From contig JACPJW010000001.1 in NCBI GenBank assembly GCA_016187335.1, positions 832,001 to 896,000 on the forward strand: 64,000 nt of DNA, in the 5' to 3' direction. The notes below the pieces were generated by a model. The model searched no databases and was not told where the DNA came from. It saw nothing but the letters and a program-made list of their open reading frames with translations. Positions 47,494 to 57,237 of this stretch are shown here, piece after piece. Within the stretch, counting starts at the first letter, position 1. Every line of letters starts with the position of its first letter. The DNA is from Candidatus Aenigmatarchaeota archaeon. GTDB lineage: Archaea; Aenigmatarchaeota; Aenigmatarchaeia; GW2011-AR5. A program made the translations under genes and the position numbers.

Positions 47494-48066
47494 ATGTTCA
47501 AGCCCGAGGTCCGCATTATAGCCTGGGACGACTGCTCCTTCAAATACAGGACGAAGAAGGTCCGTCTTGTAGGCGTTGTCTACCGCGGCGGCTCGTTCCC
47601 TGACGGATTATTGTCTTCGAGCATTAAGAAGGACGGACTTGACGCTACGGAAAAAATCTCCGCAGCAATAAACAGCTCAAGGCATTACGACCAGCTGTCC
47701 TTAATCATGACAGACGGCATAACCTTTGCGGGCTTCAACGTAGTGGACATAAAACAGCTGGCGAAGCAGACGAAGATGCCTGTTATAGCAGTAATAAGAA
47801 AAAAGCCGGACATGCAGCAGTTTTTGCAGGCTCTGGGAAAGTTTGGCAGTCTTAAAAAAAGAAAAAATGCCGTCAGGAACGCGGGGAAAATCTACAAGTA
47901 TAAAAGCAGGTTCGGCGATATCTTTTACCAAAAGCGCGGGCTGGGCAGCAGGGACGCAAAGGAAATTTTGAAGATAACGTGTATCAGGTCCAATATCCCG
48001 GAGCCGATACGCGTCGCCCATCTTATTGCAACAGGGCTTTCCGGAGAATCAAGAGGAAGAGCGTAA
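47494..48066 (+). CDS. DUF99 family (endonuclease V-like) protein
   Basis: WDD, DGLDAT, DGITFAGFNVVD, IPEPIRVAHLIA. Confidence 0.9.
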   Translation: MFKPEVRIIAWDDCSFKYRTKKVRLVGVVYRGGSFPDGLLSSSIKKDGLDATEKISAAINSSRHYDQLSLIMTDGITFAGFNVVDIKQLAKQTKMPVIAVIRKKPDMQQFLQALGKFGSLKKRKNAVRNAGKIYKYKSRFGDIFYQKRGLGSRDAKEILKITCIRSNIPEPIRVAHLIATGLSGESRGRA

Positions 48067-48593
48067 TGCCGAAAAAGAAAAACTGGCTTCACGATTTGGG
48101 TGAAATACTCGTAGCTTTCGTCGCGGCGTTTGTTTTTTACCAGCTTCTGGCGTTCGCCACGGGCACGCCTATGCCCATAGTTTCCGTTGTCTCGCAGTCA
48201 ATGTACCATAGCAGCCCTTCCCCGTATGCTTCGTTCGACCAATGGTGGAACGAGAAGTCTTCTTTCTATATTTCCAGCGGCATCTCAAAGCAGGAATTCA
48301 AGGCATTTCCTAACCCCAACGGCATGTCGCGCGGCGATTTGCTGCTTGTGATAAAGGAAAAGCCCCGCGTCGGCGACATAGTCATTTTCCAGACAACAAC
48401 AGCACCGTACACGATTGTCCACAGGGTTTTGAGAATCAATACTGACGGCACTTTGGAAACGAAAGGCGACGCCAACAGCGGCCAGAACAGCTACGAGCAC
48501 AGCATCCCTGAAGAAAAAATCGTCGGCAAGGTAATCTTTGCCGTGCCGCTGCTGGGCTATCCGCGCCTCGCGCTGCATGCCGTGGGGATATGA
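48066..48593 (+). CDS. Signal peptidase I (Sec11 type)
   Basis: VVSQSM, GDIVIF, IVHRV, TKGDAN. Confidence 0.92.
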   Translation: MPKKKNWLHDLGEILVAFVAAFVFYQLLAFATGTPMPIVSVVSQSMYHSSPSPYASFDQWWNEKSSFYISSGISKQEFKAFPNPNGMSRGDLLLVIKEKPRVGDIVIFQTTTAPYTIVHRVLRINTDGTLETKGDANSGQNSYEHSIPEEKIVGKVIFAVPLLGYPRLALHAVGI

Positions 48594-48628
48594 ATTACGA
48601 ACTTTGACTAAGAAATTTAAGGCTTGTT

Positions 48629-48985
48629 CTATTTATGTATCCCATGTCTTCTCTTGTAACAGTTGCGCTGAATTATCCAGTCTGAAAATTGTAGGGAAGA
48701 CACCTTGATTTTCTTGTATTTGGGCATGACCTCTATGTGGCACACGCTTGTGCGCCCTGCGGTTCTCAGACGGCTTGCATCAACTTTCTCGGATTTGAGC
48801 TCCTTCAGAATGTTCATCCCGTCTTCGTCTTCCCCACAAGTTCCTATAATCCCTGTCCGCAGGCCGAACCGTGCCAGAGTTATTATAGTGCTCGTGTTGG
48901 ACCCGCCGTGAAATTTCTTCCTGCCTTCAGGCGTATAAAGTATGTCCACAAACGGATTGTCGACTCCTACCACATCAAGACGCAT
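48629..48985 (-). pseudogene. Truncated PfkB-family carbohydrate kinase (N-terminal part only)
   Basis: GGS..TLARFG, GTCGEDEDG; ends at ~118 aa without the DTxGAGD motif. Confidence 0.65.
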
Positions 48986-49050
48986 AGAAAAAAATGTCGG
49001 TAAAGGTTTAATTCCTTTTATTTTCCGAATCTCTGCCAAAAAGGCTTCTT

Positions 49051-49530
49051 CTATGGATTTTTTGCTCCTTGATCCTGTGGCCCTTTTGTTTCTTCGTTCT
49101 CTCTGTTAGCAGCCATGTCGGCAAGGTTGCGCGTATCGTGTTCCACAGCGAACAAAACTTCTATTAAACCTAGAGTGTCCATGCGTTCTCTTTGCTTCAG
49201 GGGTTCAACATCTCGCCTAAAGGTTGTCGCTGTGTATACGGCATCGTCAACAATTACAAGCTTTCTGCCCCTGACATCGTTTAATCTATATTCCGGAATG
49301 CCTTCTCCTTTCCTGATTTCTACGTATGTCACATCTGACCCTTCTTGTGTTAAGTATGCGTAAAGTTTCAGGGCAAAAAACTTCCCGCCGTCTCCTATAG
49401 GAGCTACGCATGCGGGATAACCACCAATCCTGGAAAGTATTTTTGGTCCTAACTTGACTACAAAATAGTTGACCCTCGGGTCGTCGATTGCCACTATAGT
49501 AGGTTTGCAGTCAACAGTCATAACGGTCAC
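49051..49530 (-). CDS. Type I phosphoribosyltransferase-fold protein
   Basis: LVIVDDAVYTATT PRPP loop. Confidence 0.8.
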   Translation of the reverse strand: MTVMTVDCKPTIVAIDDPRVNYFVVKLGPKILSRIGGYPACVAPIGDGGKFFALKLYAYLTQEGSDVTYVEIRKGEGIPEYRLNDVRGRKLVIVDDAVYTATTFRRDVEPLKQRERMDTLGLIEVLFAVEHDTRNLADMAANRENEETKGPQDQGAKNP

Positions 49531-50462
49531 TCCAAAAATTCCACGGAATCTATTATTCCATCGCTGTCTTTGTCAAAGCCTCTAACAACCTTTGCCATAA
49601 TTTTTTTATCTTTATCGTTGCCTTTCATTATTTCTTCCATGTGTCTTGTGAAAGCTAAAACGGCTGTTTCGAGTCCTGCCGACCTCTTGCCCGCTAAAAT
49701 CAATATTTCATTTTTTTTATTGAACGGATTTCTTGTTCTGATTATAACTGCATCGTGATCGTAGTCGTAAGAGTTGCCGCTGATTTTTGACGTTATTGAC
49801 CATTCCCTGTTCTTGTCAAAATATACAGGCAAAGTTCCATTAAGCTTGTCTGTAATAGCATTTATCTTCGGATTGCCTATTATGATAAGATTTTCTTCCA
49901 AATCCTTCTCCTTTACTTCTGTATCAAGCTTGTAATTCATGGAGTTAAGGTGTGTCAGAAACGATCCGAGGAACAGCGCAAGGTCAACTGCATGGACTCC
50001 GTCCCTTGCCGTTGCTGCATATCTGCCGTGCGGTCGGGGGCTGCCTAAAATGATTCTGGCGTTCAGCTTCCCGCCTTTGATGAACGGCTTCAGGAACTCT
50101 TCTATTTCAGGGTCCCTGGGTACATCCTTGCTGACAGTCCTGTACCCCTCCTCGTGCAGTTTCGCTGCTATAACCGGGGAAACCAGCTCGTAAATCTTCG
50201 CCGTCATGCCGGAGCGGTTTTCCTCGATGAGAAGTCTTATCAATCCGGCGTTGCGCAGTCTTTTCAGGTGGTAGTAGACATTCTGCTCGTGCTCCTTCAG
50301 CTTCCTGGCAAGGTCCATGGCGCACTGCGGCTGCTTCCCAAGCTCGCGCACGATTTTCATGGGCAGGCCGTTGCTGAAGACATTCAGGCTCTCAGGCTTC
50401 ACGAGCACTGTGTTGTAAACGCGCTGGTTCTCTCTATCTTTCTCAACAAGGACTGTTCCCAT
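49527..50462 (-). CDS. ArsR-like wHTH regulator fused to C-terminal alpha/beta (S-layer-C-like) domain
   Basis: CAMDLARKL..EQNVYYHLKRLRNAGLI; NLIIIGNPKINAIT; LILAG. Confidence 0.85.
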   Translation of the reverse strand: MGTVLVEKDRENQRVYNTVLVKPESLNVFSNGLPMKIVRELGKQPQCAMDLARKLKEHEQNVYYHLKRLRNAGLIRLLIEENRSGMTAKIYELVSPVIAAKLHEEGYRTVSKDVPRDPEIEEFLKPFIKGGKLNARIILGSPRPHGRYAATARDGVHAVDLALFLGSFLTHLNSMNYKLDTEVKEKDLEENLIIIGNPKINAITDKLNGTLPVYFDKNREWSITSKISGNSYDYDHDAVIIRTRNPFNKKNEILILAGKRSAGLETAVLAFTRHMEEIMKGNDKDKKIMAKVVRGFDKDSDGIIDSVEFLE

Positions 50463-50481
50463 TTCAGCTCAACTTCAGGGT

Positions 50482-50508
50482 ATATAGCTATATCCGCTAG
50501 ACTAGTCT
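50482..50508. promoter_or_regulatory. Two palindromes directly upstream of the wHTH gene
   Basis: ATATAGCTATAT 50482-50493 and AGACTAGTCT 50499-50508. Confidence 0.3.
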
Positions 50509-50782
50509 TCTTCAGAAAGCAGTTTCCATGCCGAAGAATTATTTTAATTAGCCATGAAAAGCTTTTAAAGATTCTGTTAAGGTTACAAACTTTTTCATAG
50601 ATACCTATTTAAGTATCATGCCTGATTTGCAAGAAAATTCATAAGTTTTCTAAGGAAAGTCTTGACCGGAGCTTATATCGGTTCTTTGTCTCTGTTATTA
50701 TGCCCATGACTTAGGTGGGATAACAGTGGGCTGTAGAAAATGGAAAAATTACGCGAATTAACATGATTTGCTGGTGTTTGCT

Positions 50783-50926
50783 GTGGATCACATAAAATGC
50801 TGCGGCAGGGAAATGAAGCTGAAGATAGAGACGCTGCGGTTCAGCGAATTCGGCTGCGAAAAATGCGGCGACATTGTTTACATCAAAAAGATTTCCAGCT
50901 CAAAGCCGCAGCTGCTGGACGATTGA
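50783..50926 (+). CDS. 47-aa Cys-motif microprotein
   Basis: MDHIKCCGREM..FGCEKCGDIVYI; GGTG RBS, GTG start; not in ORF track. Confidence 0.65.
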   Translation: MDHIKCCGREMKLKIETLRFSEFGCEKCGDIVYIKKISSSKPQLLDD

Positions 50927-50935
50927 GGTGCTGGC

Positions 50936-51301
50936 ATGAACATAGCCAAGACAAGGATTGACTCAAAGGGGCGCATTTCAATACCCTACCATATGCGCAC
51001 TTCCCTGAATCTGGACAGCTCTTCTGAAATGAAAATAGCCGCGAACGAAAAGGAGATAGTCCTGACGCCTTCCATGGACGGCGTAAGGGTGAGGATAAGG
51101 TTCAGGGATTTCCCTGCCCTGCTTAGGGTTATAAAAATGATTTCCGGATTCAAGGTATACATAGGGGACGACAGGATAACAAATTTTGACCGCAGGAACG
51201 TTGAGTGGTCGGCAGTCCTTGAAGGGGACAGCAGAATTCTGAAAAACCTGGTAAAGAAAATAAAGAAATACGGAAGCGTCAAAAGCGTTGTTTTAAACTG
51301 A
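50936..51301 (+). CDS. AbrB/SpoVT + ACT-like domain protein
   Basis: IDSKGRISIP..R..L; C-terminal ACT-like region. Confidence 0.8.
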   Translation: MNIAKTRIDSKGRISIPYHMRTSLNLDSSSEMKIAANEKEIVLTPSMDGVRVRIRFRDFPALLRVIKMISGFKVYIGDDRITNFDRRNVEWSAVLEGDSRILKNLVKKIKKYGSVKSVVLN

Positions 51302-51313
51302 GAATGATGCCTT

Positions 51314-51703
51314 CTAGTTATTCTTGATTTCAGCGCTTTTCACCGCGCTGAGCGATTTCAGCTGCCTTTCAAGCTTTTTGGAGTCGCTGCATTTTGATAC
51401 GTCTATGATCGCCGTCCATTCCGCCGTTTTGCCTTTCACGACAGTCTTGCTCATGCTTATCAGTATGTCAACCTTGTGCTTCGCGACCGTTTCAATAACC
51501 TTTGCGAGCGACCCCGGCGTGTCGTTAAGCAGAACGCTGACGTTGGCCGTTGAGGAATTCAGCGGGAATATCCTTAGTTCCTTTTTCCCGTTGTTGCTTA
51601 CAATCAGCTCCGTTCCTTCCTTGAGGCCCAAATAATCCCTGATGTGGAAAGGAACTATAATCCTGCCTTTTGAATCTACCCTGACAACGTTGAAATTTTT
51701 CAT
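51314..51703 (-). CDS. AbrB/SpoVT + ACT domain protein
   Basis: VDSKGRIIVP..RDYLGLKEG; LNDTPGSLAKV ACT motif. Confidence 0.88.
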   Translation of the reverse strand: MKNFNVVRVDSKGRIIVPFHIRDYLGLKEGTELIVSNNGKKELRIFPLNSSTANVSVLLNDTPGSLAKVIETVAKHKVDILISMSKTVVKGKTAEWTAIIDVSKCSDSKKLERQLKSLSAVKSAEIKNN

Positions 51704-51893
51704 AAGCAATCACGAATTATCAAGATGGAAAGATGGGCCGGGCTTGAAAATAGATTTTTAGAAAAATTATATTCCATTTTTGCTTCCCTTGACCACAAAC
51801 GTCCCACCTAACTTATATAAAGATATTTTTAAAAGGATTGTGCTTAGTGAATATCGTTTATTTTGCTATGCGAAAAAAATCCGCGTGATTCTT

Positions 51894-52283
51894 ATGGCAG
51901 GGAAAAAAAGAGCGAAAAAGGAGAAGAAGACAGCCAAGCAGGCGCCGCCAAAAGCTCCTTCCGTGGAATTCTGCAAGAAATGCGGCGCGATTCTTGTTCC
52001 GCAGAAAAAAAGAACAAACGTTGTCATGAAATGCCGCCATTGCGGCTACGAGCTGAAAAAAAATATCAGGAACCTGAAGATAGTTGAGGAGAAAAAGAAA
52101 CCCGCCGGTATAATTGTCTTGGAAAAAGACGACACGCCCCTGCCGATGACAGTAAGGGAATGCCCGAAATGCGAAAACCAGAAGGCATGGTACTGGATGC
52201 AGCAGACGCGCGCCGCTGATGAGCCGCCGACCCAGTTCTTCCGCTGCACCAGATGCAAGCATGTCTGGCGCGAGTACAAGTAG
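51894..52283 (+). CDS. tfs: Transcription factor S (TFS)
   Basis: FCKKCG, CRHC, CPKC, QQTRAADEPPTQFFRCTRC. Confidence 0.95.
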   Translation: MAGKKRAKKEKKTAKQAPPKAPSVEFCKKCGAILVPQKKRTNVVMKCRHCGYELKKNIRNLKIVEEKKKPAGIIVLEKDDTPLPMTVRECPKCENQKAWYWMQQTRAADEPPTQFFRCTRCKHVWREYK

Positions 52284-52284
52284 A

Positions 52285-52329
52285 CCCTTTTTCTTTGAAA
52301 GAAAAACCGTCTACGGAAAAAGAACATAT
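52285..52329 (+). repeat. Dispersed ~44-bp post-stop element, copy 2
   Basis: CCCTTTTTCTTTGAAAGAAAAACCGTCTACGGAAAAAGAACATAT. Confidence 0.65.
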
Positions 52330-52373
52330 TAGTTTTCAATAAAAAGAAAAGCTACATTTTCCAAAAGAAAATA

Positions 52374-52784
52374 TTACTTTCTAAAGGCCTTAGCGCAGCT
52401 GGGGCAGCAGAAATATTTTGTCGCGCCTTTCACTTTCTCGCTGTGGCCGCCGCTGTATATCTCGCAGCCGCAGTGGGCGCACGTCTTGAGCCTGTTTTGC
52501 ACGGCAAGTTCAACCATAGAACCGAATTTTTCTATCATTGCTTTTGAAAATCTTTCGCCGCTTTTCGTCAGAACGTAAACCTTCTTGTCTCTGGTTCCGA
52601 CCTTTCGTATTTTCACATAACCAAGATTCTGCAGCTTTTTCAGGAAAGGGTATATCTGTCCGGGCGAGGCGTTCCTGCCCAGCTTCTCCTTTATCGTTTT
52701 GATTATCTCGTAGCCGTGCACCTGCTTTTGCAGAAGCAGCAGTGCGTACAGCTTCACCAAGTTGTCTACCCTGACTTCTTTCAT
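52374..52784 (-). CDS. PadR wHTH fused to C-terminal TRASH/YHS-like metal-binding domain
   Basis: HGYEII, PGQIYPFL, KKVYVLTKSG; CAHCGCEI..YFCCPSC. Confidence 0.9.
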   Translation of the reverse strand: MKEVRVDNLVKLYALLLLQKQVHGYEIIKTIKEKLGRNASPGQIYPFLKKLQNLGYVKIRKVGTRDKKVYVLTKSGERFSKAMIEKFGSMVELAVQNRLKTCAHCGCEIYSGGHSEKVKGATKYFCCPSCAKAFRK

Positions 52785-52821
52785 GAACTATTCTTATGGA
52801 AGAATCTTTAAATATATTACT

Positions 52822-52849
52822 TATCATGATATATCAGATTATGATATAT
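52822..52849. promoter_or_regulatory. Candidate operator in divergent promoter
   Basis: ATATATCA-N5-TGATATAT (52829-52849) plus overlapping palindromes TATCATGATA and TGATATATCA. Confidence 0.5.
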
Positions 52850-52861
52850 GGAGGCGGTTAA

Positions 52862-53185
52862 ATGGCAAAAAAGAAGGAATGGAACGCGGCTTTGATTTTT
52901 GGCGCCGGTATGCTGGCTATGCTAATGCTTCTGACAGCATGGAATTACGCAACTGCACCGCGCTATCCCAACGCTTACATGATGCCTATGGCGAGGATGA
53001 TGATGGGAAGCGCAAGAAGCGTTGATTGCGGCTCCCTGACGGAAAACGACCTGGAAATAATAGGTGACAGCATGATGGGTCAGATGATCGGCGACGAACA
53101 GCTGCATGAGCAGATGGACGCACAAATGCGCGATGAAAGGGTAATGCATATACTCATGGCAAAGATGATGACCGGTTGTCGATAA
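52862..53185 (+). CDS. Met-rich single-TM protein, putative Cu(I)/Ag(I) binder
   Basis: 19 Met in 107 aa, two Cys, LHEQMD and MHILM. Confidence 0.75.
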   Translation: MAKKKEWNAALIFGAGMLAMLMLLTAWNYATAPRYPNAYMMPMARMMMGSARSVDCGSLTENDLEIIGDSMMGQMIGDEQLHEQMDAQMRDERVMHILMAKMMTGCR

Positions 53186-53200
53186 TGGAGGTATGATATC

Positions 53201-53437
53201 ATGGCACTGAACGAAAAAGCCTTTGCGTTCGCGTCAGCGGCAGTAACCGCTTTGACCGACGTGGCGGGCTATGTGTGGCACGGCCTGCTTCAGCAGCCGA
53301 GCATGATGAACACGCTGTATCCGGGATTCTGGAGCGACTGGACACTGATGGCTCTAGGTTTGATCGGAACAGTTGTTGGCGCCTACATATTGGGCTACGT
53401 GTTCGCATGGGCTTACAACAAGCAGAGCAAGAAGTAA
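53201..53437 (+). CDS. Small 2-TM membrane protein
   Basis: GGAGG RBS; two hydrophobic helices. Confidence 0.75.
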   Translation: MALNEKAFAFASAAVTALTDVAGYVWHGLLQQPSMMNTLYPGFWSDWTLMALGLIGTVVGAYILGYVFAWAYNKQSKK

Positions 53438-53449
53438 ATCAATAAAGAA

Positions 53450-53662
53450 GTGATGAAAAGAATGGTGAAACAAAATCTGGACAGACTTGACAGGGTCCTG
53501 CGCTTTGCGCTCGCCTTCTGGTGGCTCGGGCCTCTTGCCCCGCAATACAGCGCCGTGTGGGCAAACTGGATTATAGCTGCTATAGGCTGGATCGCGCTCA
53601 TAGAGAGCTTCATCGGCTGGTGCTGGCTGCATGACATGCTTGGCATAAAAAAGGGTAGGTGA
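53450..53662 (+). CDS. DUF2892 (YgaP-like) membrane protein
   Basis: QNLDRLDRVLR..IGWCWL. Confidence 0.85.
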   Translation: MMKRMVKQNLDRLDRVLRFALAFWWLGPLAPQYSAVWANWIIAAIGWIALIESFIGWCWLHDMLGIKKGR

Positions 53663-53666
53663 TTTC

Positions 53667-53705
53667 ATGGCAAAGAAGAAGGAAAGGAAGCACGGCTGCT
53701 GCTGA
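53667..53705 (+). CDS. 12-aa peptide MAKKKERKHGCC
   Basis: AGGTGAT RBS 3 nt before ATG; followed by T-rich tract. Confidence 0.45.
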   Translation: MAKKKERKHGCC

Positions 53706-53733
53706 GTTTTTTGTTTTTTATCTTCTTTTTAAT
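53706..53733 (+). terminator. T-rich archaeal-type terminator
   Basis: GTTTTTTGTTTTTTATCTTCTTTTT. Confidence 0.5.
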
Positions 53734-53753
53734 TGATTCGGCGGGATGATTTT

Positions 53754-53981
53754 ATGAAAGAAAAATGCCTGGTATGCGGCATGGAAAAAATTTATTCAAA
53801 CCAGCATAAATGCAAGAGAAGCAAGCTTCTCTGTAAGATGTGCGGCATGGCGGTAAACTATGAAAGCGCCGAATATTTTATGAATTTTGTTTTCTGCTCC
53901 AAGAGGTGCAGGATTCTGTTTGAAAATCTGCTTGAAAAAACAAACGTTAAGGATTTATTTGAGAGAGAAATTGTAATTTAG
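53754..53981 (+). CDS. Small TRASH/YHS-type metal-binding protein, putative Cu chaperone
   Basis: CLVCGM, CKMCGM, FCSKRC; directly upstream of copA. Confidence 0.75.
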   Translation: MKEKCLVCGMEKIYSNQHKCKRSKLLCKMCGMAVNYESAEYFMNFVFCSKRCRILFENLLEKTNVKDLFEREIVI

Positions 53982-53989
53982 GGGTAACC

Positions 53990-56098
53990 ATGGCAAAAGA
54001 CGTAATATGCGGCATGTACGTTGACGAGAAGACGCCGTTCAGGGCGGAGCAGGACGGCGTAAAGTATTACTTCTGCAGCCAGAAGTGCCTTGACACGTTT
54101 TTGCAGCCGCAGGTTGAGATGAGAAAGCTGAAATACCTGACGGTGTTCGCTTTGACTTTCGGCTTCCTTACCGCGTTCTTTGAATATTTCTACCCTGTGT
54201 CGCCTTTCGGCCTGCCTAACTACGTTCTATTGTTTCTGTTAGCCACGCCGGTCCAGTTCGTAGCCGGCTGGCGCTTCTACCAGGGCGCGCGCGACGCTGT
54301 AAAGGCAAAGCAGGCGAACATGGACCTTCTCATTGCCATAGGCACGAGCGCCGCGTGGATTTACTCAACGCTGTACACATTCCAGGGCATTTTGTGGCCA
54401 AGGTTCCTGCCGTCAGTGTCAGCAGGAACGGAGGTTTATTTCACGGAATCCGGGCTCATTATTGGCTTCATCCTTCTCGGAAAATACATGGAGCACATCG
54501 TTAAAGGAAGGGCGTCGCGGGCAATAAGCCGCCTGATTGACTTGCAGCCCAGGATGGCAACAGTTGTCAGAAAGGGAAAGGAAATTCAGGTGCCCGTAGA
54601 GCAGGTGAAAGTCGGAGATGTTATCATCGTAAAGCCCGGCGAGAAAATACCCGTTGACGGGCTGGTTGTTGACGGCTATTCTTCCGTTGACCAGTCAATG
54701 ATAACCGGAGAAAGCATTCCTGTGGAAAAAAAGAAAGGCGACGAGGTAATCGGTGCGACCATAAACAAAACGGGCTTGCTGAAAGTAAAAGCGACTAAGG
54801 TGGGAAGCGACACAACGCTGTCGCAGATAGTCAAGATGGTCCAGGAAGCGATTGTCTCAAGGACGCCGATGCAGCGCCTGGCCGACGTTGTTTCGTCTTA
54901 TTTCGTGCCTGCTGTGGTGCTCATAGCCGTATCTTCCTTCCTGTTCTGGTATTACATAGCTGGCCTGGAGTTCTCTTTGGCATTCACGATGCTCATCGCC
55001 GTGCTGATTATCGCATGCCCTTGCGCCCTGGGCATTGCCACGCCCGCTGCAATAATGATAGGCGCGGGCAAGGGCGCGCAATACGGTATCCTGATAAAAA
55101 GCGGCGAGTATCTCGAAAAGGCGAGAAAGATTAACGTTATTGTTTTTGACAAGACGGGAACGCTGACAAGGGGTGAACCGTCAGTAACAGACGTGATGCC
55201 AATAAGCGGCAGCGACAAGGATGTTCTCCGGTACGCAGCGATAGCTGAGAAAGGCTCGGAGCATCCGCTTGGTGAAGCGATCGTCCGCGCTGCGCAGGAA
55301 AAAAGAATAAAAATACCTTCTGCAGGCAGATTCCGCGCAATTCCTGGTCACGGCGTGGAAGCTTCCTATCAGGGAAAGAAAATCCTGCTGGGGAACAGGA
55401 AATTAATGGGAAAGAGCAAGATAAAGATTGGGAGCGAGGAAAAAATTCAGCAGCTTGAAAATGAGGGAAAAACCGTCATGCTTCTGGCAGTCAATAAAAA
55501 ACTTCTCGGCATGATTGCTGTCGCCGACACGCTGAAGGAAGAATCAGCGGAAACCGTGGAGAAGCTTCATAGTATGAACATTGAGACTGTCATGATAACC
55601 GGCGACAACCCCAGGACAGCTGATGCCATAGCATCAAAGTTAGGAATAAAGCGCGTGCTTGCGGAAGTGCTGCCGCAGGACAAGGCAAAAGAAATAAAAA
55701 AGCTGCAAAAAGAAGGTAAGATAGTTGCTATGGTCGGCGACGGCATAAACGACGCGCCCGCGCTTGCGCAGGCTGATGTCGGCATCGCCGTAGGCGCGGG
55801 AACGGACGTTGCAAAGGAAACCGGCGGCATAATATTGATCAAGAACGACCTCCGCGACGTTGTGTTCAGCATTGAATTGAGCAGGAAAACCGTGAGGAAG
55901 ATAAAGGAGAATCTTTTCTGGGCGTTCTTCTATAACATCGCCCTCATCCCGGTTGCCGCCGGTGCCCTGTATCCTTTCGGGATACTGCTTAATCCTGTTT
56001 ACGCCGCGATAGCGATGGCGCTCAGCTCCGTCACGGTCGTCGGCAACTCCATGCTGCTGAACCTGTACAATCCGAAAAAAGGTGATGCGCATCAATGA
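53990..56098 (+). CDS. copA: P1B-1 Cu(I)-exporting ATPase with N-terminal YHS domain
   Basis: [39 protein letters not shown] and MALSS. Confidence 0.97.
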   Translation: MAKDVICGMYVDEKTPFRAEQDGVKYYFCSQKCLDTFLQPQVEMRKLKYLTVFALTFGFLTAFFEYFYPVSPFGLPNYVLLFLLATPVQFVAGWRFYQGARDAVKAKQANMDLLIAIGTSAAWIYSTLYTFQGILWPRFLPSVSAGTEVYFTESGLIIGFILLGKYMEHIVKGRASRAISRLIDLQPRMATVVRKGKEIQVPVEQVKVGDVIIVKPGEKIPVDGLVVDGYSSVDQSMITGESIPVEKKKGDEVIGATINKTGLLKVKATKVGSDTTLSQIVKMVQEAIVSRTPMQRLADVVSSYFVPAVVLIAVSSFLFWYYIAGLEFSLAFTMLIAVLIIACPCALGIATPAAIMIGAGKGAQYGILIKSGEYLEKARKINVIVFDKTGTLTRGEPSVTDVMPISGSDKDVLRYAAIAEKGSEHPLGEAIVRAAQEKRIKIPSAGRFRAIPGHGVEASYQGKKILLGNRKLMGKSKIKIGSEEKIQQLENEGKTVMLLAVNKKLLGMIAVADTLKEESAETVEKLHSMNIETVMITGDNPRTADAIASKLGIKRVLAEVLPQDKAKEIKKLQKEGKIVAMVGDGINDAPALAQADVGIAVGAGTDVAKETGGIILIKNDLRDVVFSIELSRKTVRKIKENLFWAFFYNIALIPVAAGALYPFGILLNPVYAAIAMALSSVTVVGNSMLLNLYNPKKGDAHQ

Positions 56099-57236
56099 GA
56101 AAAAAGTGGCTTCATTTATCATAGCCATACTCATACTGTCAATTTTGGCGATAATCATATTGTCCGTGTCAATGGCATGGTTCTTTTTCAAGTCGCCGCC
56201 AAAGACCGGCGGGATTTCCGAGAATGTCCTGAAATCTTCAATGAAAGGGATGATGGGCTACGCATCGCCTGATGACATTCCAATTAGGACTCCGCATGAC
56301 AGGACACCGTTAAGCTTTAATGAGAAAGACGGCGTCAAAGAATTCCGTCTTTCTGCGGAGCCTATAAGATGGGAATACGCGAACGGCTATTACGTGACAG
56401 CATGGGGGTTCAACGGCCAGGTGCCGGGACCGGAGATACGCGTTTCAGAAGGCGACAGGGTGAGAATAATTTTCACGAATAACCTTCCAAAGGCAACAGC
56501 AGTCCACTGGCACGGCGTAAACGTCCCTAACGGCATGGATGGCGTTCCCGGCGTTACGCAGGAAGCTGTAAAGCCCAATGAAACTTTCGTTTACGAATTC
56601 ACAGCAGAACCAAAAGGCACAAGATACTACCATGCCCACGGCTCGTCGCACATGGACGAGGCCCAGCAGCTTGACATGGGATTGTACGGCGCATTCATAA
56701 TAGAGCCAAGCAACTTTTCAGAAAAGTTGCATCAAAACGGTAAATACGACAAGGAATTTACGCTGCTGCTTGACGAATGGGAAATCATGCCCGATGGAAC
56801 AAACGCTGCCATGCTGCCAGGAATGCATTCAATGGACCATAACGTTTTTACCATAAACGGAAGAGCTTTTCCCGACACGGAGCCGCTCAATGTCGCGGAA
56901 GGAGATAAGGTTCTTGTGAGAATAATAAACGCCGGCTCGTCAACGGCACATCCCATGCACTTGCACGGGCATTCCTTCAAAATTGTTGCCGTTGACGGGA
57001 ATCCCGTGCAGGCGGGGGCGCAGATTGTGAGGGACACCCTGCCTGTGAGCCCGGGAGAGCGATATGATATAGAAATCACGGCCGGCAATCCCGGAACATG
57101 GATATTCCACTGCCACGAGCTTCATCATGCGGACGGCGGGATGATAATACCTTTTATGTATGAAGGGTATGATAACATAAGCAGGCCGCCATCCCAAAAA
57201 GTGCCGGGCTTGGGGCACGAAATGCACGGAGGATAA
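56082..57236 (+). CDS. Two-domain multicopper oxidase, membrane-anchored
   Basis: [30 protein letters not shown]. Confidence 0.93.
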   Translation: MMRINEKKVASFIIAILILSILAIIILSVSMAWFFFKSPPKTGGISENVLKSSMKGMMGYASPDDIPIRTPHDRTPLSFNEKDGVKEFRLSAEPIRWEYANGYYVTAWGFNGQVPGPEIRVSEGDRVRIIFTNNLPKATAVHWHGVNVPNGMDGVPGVTQEAVKPNETFVYEFTAEPKGTRYYHAHGSSHMDEAQQLDMGLYGAFIIEPSNFSEKLHQNGKYDKEFTLLLDEWEIMPDGTNAAMLPGMHSMDHNVFTINGRAFPDTEPLNVAEGDKVLVRIINAGSSTAHPMHLHGHSFKIVAVDGNPVQAGAQIVRDTLPVSPGERYDIEITAGNPGTWIFHCHELHHADGGMIIPFMYEGYDNISRPPSQKVPGLGHEMHGG

Positions 57237-57237
57237 A

